A stretch of DNA of 64,000 nucleotides from a virus: IMG/VR virus record IMGVR_UViG_3300008262_000008; one strand, written 5' to 3'. The notes below the pieces were generated by a model. The model had not been told where the DNA came from. It saw only the letters and a list, made by a program, of their open reading frames with translations, and searched no databases. Positions 1 through 5,921 of this stretch are shown piece by piece (the first letter of the stretch is position 1; every line of letters begins with the position of its first letter). The position numbers and the translations under genes were made by a program.

Positions 1-1
1 A

Positions 2-214
2 TCAATAACGCTCAGGAATTTTATCGTAATCTAATGGATGGTCTTGTTTCTTTTCTTGCTTACGAAACTTTTTGAGATCTTCAAACAATGCTTTGATTTT
101 TTTGTATGCTTCGTTAGCATCTTCTTTACCTGCAAGTTCTGCAGCAAGAATATATTCTACCTTTTTACCAAACTCAAAGAGGTGCCATTCAAAATCAGTT
201 TGATTTTCGTACAT
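2..214 (-). CDS. Small hypothetical protein (MYENQTDFEWHL...)
   Basis: ORF 2..268 trimmed to the ATG at 214, which has a GGAGG SD; the extension would overlap tRNA-Ile. Confidence 0.75.
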   Translation of the reverse strand: MYENQTDFEWHLFEFGKKVEYILAAELAGKEDANEAYKKIKALFEDLKKFRKQEKKQDHPLDYDKIPERY

Positions 215-238
215 ATTACCTCCTTTATTTTTAGTATA

Positions 239-310
239 TAGGACCGCAGAGAATTGAACTCCGTTCACACCGTTATAAGCAGTGGGCCTTAACCGATAGG
301 CGACGGTCCC
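239..310 (-). tRNA. tRNA-Ile (anticodon TAT)
   Basis: Acceptor GGGACCG/CGGTCCT, D arm, anticodon arm CACTG-CTTATAA-CGGTG, T arm CGGAG-TTCAATT-CTCTG; no encoded CCA. Confidence 0.88.
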
Positions 311-484
311 TCATTCGTTCTGTTTTGTATCCATCATATATTCTACAGTATTTGCTACATCATTCATAGCATCTCGTAGAAAAGGTTGTTGACCAGATTC
401 TTGCTTACATATAGGACGGGAATTATCAACTAAGGTCCATCGCCATTGCTTCATATCTTTACAATACCAGAGATTAATTTTCAT
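311..484 (-). CDS. Small hypothetical protein (MKINLWYCKDMKQWRWTL...)
   Basis: ORF track; likely start at 484, overlapping the stop of the upstream small ORF. Confidence 0.7.
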   Translation of the reverse strand: MKINLWYCKDMKQWRWTLVDNSRPICKQESGQQPFLRDAMNDVANTVEYMMDTKQNE

Positions 485-635
485 GTTTGAAATACTCCAG
501 TTTGATCCAGTTGAGGAGGGTGTGATATTGAGCGAGTTTATTTTCATCATGTTTAGGATAAGACTTCAATGAAAGAACATAATATTCTAATGCTTCAATA
601 ACCATTTGACGGTCTTGTTGTGAAATTAGTGACAT
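474..635 (-). CDS. 53-aa hypothetical protein (MSLISQQDRQMVIEALEYY...)
   Basis: Translated manually; fills the gap between two minus-strand ORFs. Confidence 0.65.
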   Translation of the reverse strand: MSLISQQDRQMVIEALEYYVLSLKSYPKHDENKLAQYHTLLNWIKLEYFKHEN

Positions 636-636
636 T

Positions 637-885
637 TTAGAGTAGGAATAATTCGATTAATTTTGCAAATTCAATTGCTGCAAAGAAGCTTCTTACAGTT
701 ACCATATCCCACATTTTAATTTTAAAGAAATATGGGAATGATAGTAAGTTACCTGCTAATCTTATATAGATGCCTAAAGTTACACTATTAAAAAGTACTA
801 CAGCATAACCTCCGATGAATAATACATTGCCAATAACTCTTAACCAAGAAAGAATAGGATACTTTACATCAATTACTGTTTTCAT
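637..885 (-). CDS. Small membrane protein
   Basis: 82-aa ORF with hydrophobic segments, 4-nt overlap with cpeT. Confidence 0.65.
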   Translation of the reverse strand: MKTVIDVKYPILSWLRVIGNVLFIGGYAVVLFNSVTLGIYIRLAGNLLSFPYFFKIKMWDMVTVRSFFAAIEFAKLIELFLL

Positions 886-1364
886 TTCTTAAGTGCTAAA
901 GGATCATTTTCTGGATCCGTAATTCTATTGAATCTAAAAATACCGTTTTCTCTACCCCAAATTAATTTATTAGTTTCAAGATTAAATCCTGCTTCTCTAG
1001 ACAGAAGTAGGTCTTTGGAGAACCTGAGATCGCTTAGTACCCTAACTCCATTAATTATAAGATCATCTTTGGCATTGGATACCCAGAATTCTCCGTCCCA
1101 ATCAAATTCAAACGTACAAAGTTTATTCCAATCTAGATCATAATTATCAAAAGTAACTTTAGTATCTGTTATCTGTTGGAATGTATGATTTGTAGTTCTA
1201 TATGTAGGACCACCTATTTCATATTCATAGTAATAACTACTACGAGATTGCATTTTATTTTCTTCTAACTGTTCAATTTCCACCACAATATGTGCCCAAT
1301 GTGCAGGACTTTCAAATGCTTGCTTTGTGTTGATGTAACTACCAACAATTTCAGTAAACTGCAT
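882..1364 (-). CDS. cpeT: CpcT/CpeT-like phycobilin lyase (auxiliary metabolic gene)
   Basis: N-terminal N-x-x-QAFESPAHWAHI and C-terminal WG-x-x-x-G-x-FRF resemble the T-type lyase family common in cyanomyoviruses. Confidence 0.75.
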   Translation of the reverse strand: MQFTEIVGSYINTKQAFESPAHWAHIVVEIEQLEENKMQSRSSYYYEYEIGGPTYRTTNHTFQQITDTKVTFDNYDLDWNKLCTFEFDWDGEFWVSNAKDDLIINGVRVLSDLRFSKDLLLSREAGFNLETNKLIWGRENGIFRFNRITDPENDPLALKK

Positions 1365-1387
1365 ATCAGATCATGAATAGAAACTGA

Positions 1388-1458
1388 AGCGGACAACGGG
1401 GATCGAACCCGTGACTACAACTTGGAAGGATGGTATGTTACCGCTACACCATGTCCGC
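1388..1458 (-). tRNA. tRNA-Gly (TCC), imperfect anticodon stem
   Basis: GCGGACA/TGTCCGC acceptor, loop CTTCCAA, T arm ACGGG-TTCGATC-CCCGT. Confidence 0.85.
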
Positions 1459-1533
1459 TGGCTCCCCCACCTCGATTCGAACGAGGAACCTTAGAGTTAA
1501 CAGCTCTCTGCTCTGCCGTTGAGCTATAGGGGA
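1459..1533 (-). tRNA. tRNA-Asn (GTT) with encoded CCA
   Basis: TCCCCTA/TGGGGGA acceptor, loop CTGTTAA, ends GCCA. Confidence 0.93.
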
Positions 1534-1534
1534 A

Positions 1535-1670
1535 TGGTGGGGAGGAATTGCTCCCTCCCCGCTATCACGGCATTCTGGATTATCAGCTCCAGCGCAAATG
1601 ATAGGGTGAAATGGCAGGTTCTATAGAACCCCCTCGATCTCCTTCTAGGCTATCTGCCTAGCGAGTATCG
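1535..1670 (-). ncRNA. Unassigned structured RNA ending in a 9-bp GCAA-loop hairpin plus ACCA
   Basis: Hairpins CTAGGC/GCCTAG, GGTTC/GAACC, CTGGA/TCCAG, CTATCA/TGATAG and GGGGAGGGA-GCAA-TTCCTCCCC-ACCA between two tRNAs. Confidence 0.6.
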
Positions 1671-1671
1671 A

Positions 1672-1753
1672 TGTCGATGAGAGGACTTGAACCTCCACAG
1701 AATACTCTACTGGAACCTAAACCCAGCGCGTCTACCAATTCCGCCACATCGAC
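1672..1753 (-). tRNA. tRNA-Leu (TAG)
   Basis: GTCGATG/CATCGAC acceptor, loop TTTAGGT, long variable arm, T loop TTCAAGT. Confidence 0.93.
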
Positions 1754-1758
1754 TTGTA

Positions 1759-1829
1759 CTTCTGTCTGGGAATCGAACCCAGTTTCCATGTGTGTTGTCC
1801 ACCCGTCCTTACCAATAGACTACCAGAAG
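1759..1829 (-). ncRNA. tRNA-like element without a canonical anticodon arm
   Basis: Acceptor CTTCTGG/ACAGAAG, D arm GTCT-ATTGGTAA-GGAC, T arm CTGGG-TTCGATT-CCCAG; anticodon region pairs poorly and lacks U33. Confidence 0.65.
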
Positions 1830-1849
1830 AGAAGGGGAAGGTCAATCCC

Positions 1850-2049
1850 CCGTGAGCAGGCTCGCCACCTATTTAGTTATCGAGGAAATAGGAAACTCGG
1901 CGGGAGATAAATCCCCATCCGCACCACTTGCTTTTTAAGGAAGCAAGAAACCTAAAAGGGAACCGTCCCGACCAGGGCGCTTTTAGTGTCATCCCGAGAC
2001 AAGTAGGGTCATTGACTCCACCAGTGCTGTTATAGTCCATCCGTGACTA
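1850..2049 (-). ncRNA. manA-like structured RNA motif
   Basis: GTCTCGGGATGAC..AAAAGCGCCCTGGTCGGGA..GGTTTCTTGCTTCC..AAGCAAGTGGTGCGGATGGG..CCCGCC..GGCGAGCCT matches my recollection of the manA motif, reported next to tRNAs in cyanophages; no covariance search run. Confidence 0.65.
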
Positions 2050-2122
2050 CGGGACAGGAGGGGATCGAACCCCCGACCAACTGCTTAGAAGGCAGATGCT
2101 CTATCCGCTGAGCTACTGTCCC
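2050..2122 (-). tRNA. tRNA-Arg (TCT)
   Basis: GGGACAG/CTGTCCC acceptor, loop CTTCTAA, T loop TTCGATC. Confidence 0.93.
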
Positions 2123-2289
2123 TAGTTACGAAGTTTATTCAGTTGTTTAATCTTAGATGCAACTTCTTTTGCATCCGAATAAAAACCAGAACTTACTAGA
2201 TCATGAAGTTTATCAACTAGAATACTAATAGTATCATTAAGATACTCTTCATCTGCAGAGAAGAGTTGAAAATCCACTTTTGAATTCAT
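2122..2289 (-). CDS. 55-aa hypothetical protein (MNSKVDFQLF...)
   Basis: Translated manually; GGAGGAG SD; directly downstream of a sigma70-type promoter. Confidence 0.7.
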   Translation of the reverse strand: MNSKVDFQLFSADEEYLNDTISILVDKLHDLVSSGFYSDAKEVASKIKQLNKLRN

Positions 2290-2314
2290 TTGCTCCTCCG
2301 TTGGTTACCTTGTA

Positions 2315-2343
2315 AGTATATAGGGTCTGATCTGAGTTGTCAA
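2315..2343 (-). promoter_or_regulatory. Early sigma70-type promoter for the tRNA/ncRNA operon
   Basis: TTGACA-17 nt-TATACT. Confidence 0.85.
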
Positions 2344-2771
2344 GCCCCGTGGAAGTAATCCTTACGCATGTATCTGCCTAGGATGTTGGAATTATAGTAG
2401 GCAGGGGTGCCGTCTGTCAAGGCTTCAGTCAAAACATTATTCAAGAAGAGTTGTTTTGTTTCTTCAAAGTTGCATTGTCCCTTTGTTTTATGAAGGCTAA
2501 GTATTCTTCTGTCGCAGGATGTTTTTCCCCAAAGGTTAATATCGGATTTGAGTTCGGGGCAGGATCCGTAATACTTTTTCCAATCAGATTCTGATTTAAC
2601 TTTTCTAGATTTTCCCTTCGGTGTCTTGAAACTCCAGAAATATTTTCTACCAATATAAGACCTGCCAGTTGAACGGCAGTGAATATGATAAACAAAACCA
2701 AAATAATCTTGAATGTGATCTGATTCAAAAACTTCTGAATTATACATCCAAGGATTTTCATAACTGCACAT
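2340..2771 (-). CDS. GIY-YIG family endonuclease
   Basis: GFVY...YIGRK motif followed by YYGS; 143 aa. Confidence 0.7.
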   Translation of the reverse strand: MCSYENPWMYNSEVFESDHIQDYFGFVYHIHCRSTGRSYIGRKYFWSFKTPKGKSRKVKSESDWKKYYGSCPELKSDINLWGKTSCDRRILSLHKTKGQCNFEETKQLFLNNVLTEALTDGTPAYYNSNILGRYMRKDYFHGA

Positions 2772-2799
2772 TAAAAAACCTCCGTATGGAGGTATTTAG
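2772..2799 (-). promoter_or_regulatory. Late promoter (CTAAATA) overlapping a terminator/SD-sequestering hairpin
   Basis: CTAAATA-CCTCC-ATAC-GGAGGT-TTTTT-A-ATG. Confidence 0.6.
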
Positions 2800-2958
2800 T
2801 CAGTAACTTGCGTCCCTGTAATTTGGCGGTTCTAAAGTCAGAATTTCTATATACTCGTCAATTTGATTAATTTTTTTGTGCATCTCCTCTGTAGTTAAAT
2901 TATATGCGATAACATGGTTATCTTTATCATAGATGTGATGGACTGGTTCTGTAAGCAT
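2800..2958 (-). CDS. 52-aa hypothetical protein (MLTEPVHHIYDK...)
   Basis: Translated manually; GGAGG SD; late promoter CATAAATA at 2981-2988. Confidence 0.65.
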   Translation of the reverse strand: MLTEPVHHIYDKDNHVIAYNLTTEEMHKKINQIDEYIEILTLEPPNYRDASY

Positions 2959-2983
2959 ATACCTCCTTTTGAACCGAAATTAT

Positions 2984-3154
2984 TTATGTGACAGTATCAT
3001 TCCACGGATCAGGAATTTCCTCATAACGTTTAACGCCATGATATCTTTTAGAACAAACACTTCTAGCTATAGCTCTCATGAAACTATTGACTTCTGCACA
3101 CATACTTTTGTAACTGCCGCAATACGGGCATCTAGGAGATTTCAGAGCGATCAT
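2984..3154 (-). CDS. 56-aa Cys-containing hypothetical protein (CPYC...C...C)
   Basis: Translated manually; overlaps the end of the upstream ORF. Confidence 0.5.
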   Translation of the reverse strand: MIALKSPRCPYCGSYKSMCAEVNSFMRAIARSVCSKRYHGVKRYEEIPDPWNDTVT

Positions 3155-3389
3155 TGTTTTCATCCTGTAATTGTTTTTCTTTCAAAAATTTTTTCATATC
3201 TCGTTTCATCTTCCAAGTAGAAAATTCTAATCCAATTCTCATCTTGGTTCCCCAAAAGAATCTTATCACATTGATCCTAAGGATCTGTACCATAAGATAC
3301 AGAAACTTAGGAACATTTTCATCAACTATACAAACATATGCAATTATTGCAAATACAAATAACCACACATAATAAGTAGTATCAACCAT
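3132..3389 (-). CDS. Hypothetical protein with N-terminal hydrophobic segment
   Basis: ORF track; likely start MVDTTYY at 3389, right after the lysin stop. Confidence 0.65.
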   Translation of the reverse strand: MVDTTYYVWLFVFAIIAYVCIVDENVPKFLYLMVQILRINVIRFFWGTKMRIGLEFSTWKMKRDMKKFLKEKQLQDENNDRSEIS

Positions 3390-3390
3390 A

Positions 3391-4770
3391 TCAGTCGAAG
3401 ATACGACCCCAGCCATCGTTGCCACCAGGACACCAACGTGCTTTGAGCATTGCCTTGCTATAGACAGTACCTTTACCGTTAGTTACAGGACCAGTGTAAC
3501 CATCGTTGCATGAACCATATGGATCATTCACAACATATCCATCACCCTTCTTACCGATGACTACACACATGTGTCCACCAGTAGGAGCAGAAAGAGAACC
3601 CCTGTGGAGAATGCCAATAACCACGGGCTTGCCAGCAGCAAGGGACTTGTCCAGATCAGCAAAAGAAAGATTGTATGAGAAATGGGACTTGACACCATAC
3701 GACGCAAGAACCTTCGTCTGAACCGCATGGTCAGTAGTGTCACCAATCGCAAATACTTTCGTAACGTATGCATCATCACCTTTATCACCTTTTAATGTTC
3801 CAGGCTTAAGGAACTCTAGACACATAGCACAAGAGGAACTGTTGCATGTTCTATGTGCGTCTCTGTAGTTGTCAACCTGATTGAAGTATGGTACTGCAAG
3901 AATAGGTGGAATGGGTGGTTTGGCACGAAACTTTTCAATCCAAGCAGCATCAGTTGCTCCACCAGCACCGTCATCGACTAGGCACTCTGGATCTGTTTTT
4001 GCCATAGCCTCTTCTAGTTGACCTACTGCCTTCACATGGCAAGCATTTCTCTCTGAGAAATGCTCAAAGAAAGCATGTAAATCTGGTTTACCACCATCGG
4101 CATTACCACCACGATAGGTGACGACCCAAGGTGAGTTTGGTTGTAGATGCTCAGGAATAGCTGCTTCTAGCAGTGCTACGCCTGCAACATGGTTCGCATT
4201 ATTTTCATCATAAAATTTGAAGAAGTTAATTAGAACCTTAGACATTTTACTTACCTCTGTTATAGTTGACATTGTAGCGGGTGCTGAGGAACCCCCCATA
4301 CCCTTCTTCCACATGTTCCCTTCAGCGGTCCTACGACGTGCCAGACCCGCCTCTACGGACGTTCCTGGGTTACGATACTTGTAGAGTGCTTCGGGAACCT
4401 TGGACCAGTTTGCTTTCGATTCTAGAGCGGTATTAATAGAGTTAAAGTTGGCACGATCACCAACAAATCCTGCTCCTAGATTATATGCAAACGACAAAAT
4501 GGCACCCTGTTGTTCAGGTGACATCTCTGCCCAGTGTGGAATTTTTTTAAGTGCTGGAAGAAAATGCTTTTCACATTCTTCCACTAGAAGATCATCAGCA
4601 TACTGTTGCGTGATCTTTTCTCCTAGTACGAAAGGAGATCCATCCTTCTTACGAGTAGATCCCCAACCGCATGTATAAGGCTTACCTCCTGATAGTGGAT
4701 CAGGATAAGCTGTAAGTCTGCATCCCTCAAATTCTTTAATAAGGGAAAGTCCTGGTGCTGGTACGGTCAT
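3391..4770 (-). CDS. Modular endolysin: GH24 lysozyme, two internal helical repeats, C39-like peptidase
   Basis: N-terminal LIKEFEG...AYPDP...GWGST and GL-x-RRR-x-x-E; C-terminal VPYFNQ...CNSSSCAM...GH...NDPYG. Confidence 0.85.
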   Translation of the reverse strand: MTVPAPGLSLIKEFEGCRLTAYPDPLSGGKPYTCGWGSTRKKDGSPFVLGEKITQQYADDLLVEECEKHFLPALKKIPHWAEMSPEQQGAILSFAYNLGAGFVGDRANFNSINTALESKANWSKVPEALYKYRNPGTSVEAGLARRRTAEGNMWKKGMGGSSAPATMSTITEVSKMSKVLINFFKFYDENNANHVAGVALLEAAIPEHLQPNSPWVVTYRGGNADGGKPDLHAFFEHFSERNACHVKAVGQLEEAMAKTDPECLVDDGAGGATDAAWIEKFRAKPPIPPILAVPYFNQVDNYRDAHRTCNSSSCAMCLEFLKPGTLKGDKGDDAYVTKVFAIGDTTDHAVQTKVLASYGVKSHFSYNLSFADLDKSLAAGKPVVIGILHRGSLSAPTGGHMCVVIGKKGDGYVVNDPYGSCNDGYTGPVTNGKGTVYSKAMLKARWCPGGNDGWGRIFD

Positions 4771-5909
4771 AGTTTAAATCCTGCAAAAGTATCAGTTGTT
4801 ACATCTTGTTTAATACCACCAATCACATATGATTCAATCTCAGTTTCTTGTGGTGCTGCCTGCATAGATTTAGAATTAATCCAATGCTCGGTCCATGGAA
4901 GAGGGTTATTATTGGCAGGAATATTATAAATTGCCTTCAATCCAATGGATTTAAGACGGCGATTTGCAATCCATTCTACATATTGTCCGAGAAGTTTGTC
5001 ATTCAAACCAATCATAGACCCTTTCTGAAATAGATAATCTGCCCAACGCTTCTCTTCATCAACAGTTCTTCTGAACATTTCATAAACATTCTCTTCTTCT
5101 TCCTGTGCAATTTGAAGCATGTCAGGATCATCACCTTCCTTCCATTTATTTAGAATATTTTGTGTTAGCACTAAATGCTGACTTTCATCTCTAGCAATCA
5201 AAGAAATTATTTTCGCAGATCCTTCCATAAGCTTGAGTTCACCAAATGCAAAAGAGCAAGCGAAGCTAACATAGAAACGAATCCCTTCCAGAATGTTAAC
5301 GTTCGCAACTGCACGATAAAGTTTTCTTTTAAGTTCATACAAAGTCTCCTGTGCATTAGGTACTCCTTCCTGGGCAAACTTCCAATCATTTGAAGTACCG
5401 TACATTTGAGCGGCATTAACAAATTCATCGTATGCTTCAGTAACAGTTTTTGCCCTTTCTAAAATATTATTATCTGATAGAATTGTATCAAATACTTCAG
5501 ATGGATTTGAATATACATTCTTAATTATATAAGTATAAGATCTTGAATGTATCATTTCCATAAATCCCCAGGCAGTCATCGCTGCTTCCAACTCAGGCAA
5601 AGAACAATATGGAATAAATGCCATCCCAGGACCACGACCTTGAACACTATCAAGCATAATCTGATACTTCAAGTTACTAGTAAAGATATGCTTTTGTTCC
5701 TCACTCAATTGTGCATAATCTGCACGATCCTTTTGGAGGGAGACCTCTTCAGGTCTCCAAAAATAACCTAACTGTTGTTGGGTCAATCTTTCAAAAATAG
5801 GATACTTAGATCCATCATAACGTTGTACTCCCAAAGGAGCACCAAAAAACATTGGTTGCTTCTTGGTGTTTACTTCTTTGGTATTAAAAACCGTCATTCC
5901 AGTTACCAT
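4767..5909 (-). CDS. nrdB: Ribonucleotide reductase class Ia beta subunit
   Basis: FWRPEE, EMIHSRSY, EGIRFY and RDESQH iron-binding motifs. Confidence 0.97.
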   Translation of the reverse strand: MVTGMTVFNTKEVNTKKQPMFFGAPLGVQRYDGSKYPIFERLTQQQLGYFWRPEEVSLQKDRADYAQLSEEQKHIFTSNLKYQIMLDSVQGRGPGMAFIPYCSLPELEAAMTAWGFMEMIHSRSYTYIIKNVYSNPSEVFDTILSDNNILERAKTVTEAYDEFVNAAQMYGTSNDWKFAQEGVPNAQETLYELKRKLYRAVANVNILEGIRFYVSFACSFAFGELKLMEGSAKIISLIARDESQHLVLTQNILNKWKEGDDPDMLQIAQEEEENVYEMFRRTVDEEKRWADYLFQKGSMIGLNDKLLGQYVEWIANRRLKSIGLKAIYNIPANNNPLPWTEHWINSKSMQAAPQETEIESYVIGGIKQDVTTDTFAGFKL

Positions 5910-5921
5910 TTAGTTTCTCCT

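Noticed and set aside
1575-1600. CTGATAA resembling a hammerhead core (CUGAnGA)
   Set aside because: The core does not match and no correctly placed GAAA or three-stem junction is evident
1671-1910. 79-aa plus-strand ORF
   Set aside because: Antisense to tRNA-Leu, the tRNA mimic and the manA-like RNA; a by-product of GC-rich RNA genes
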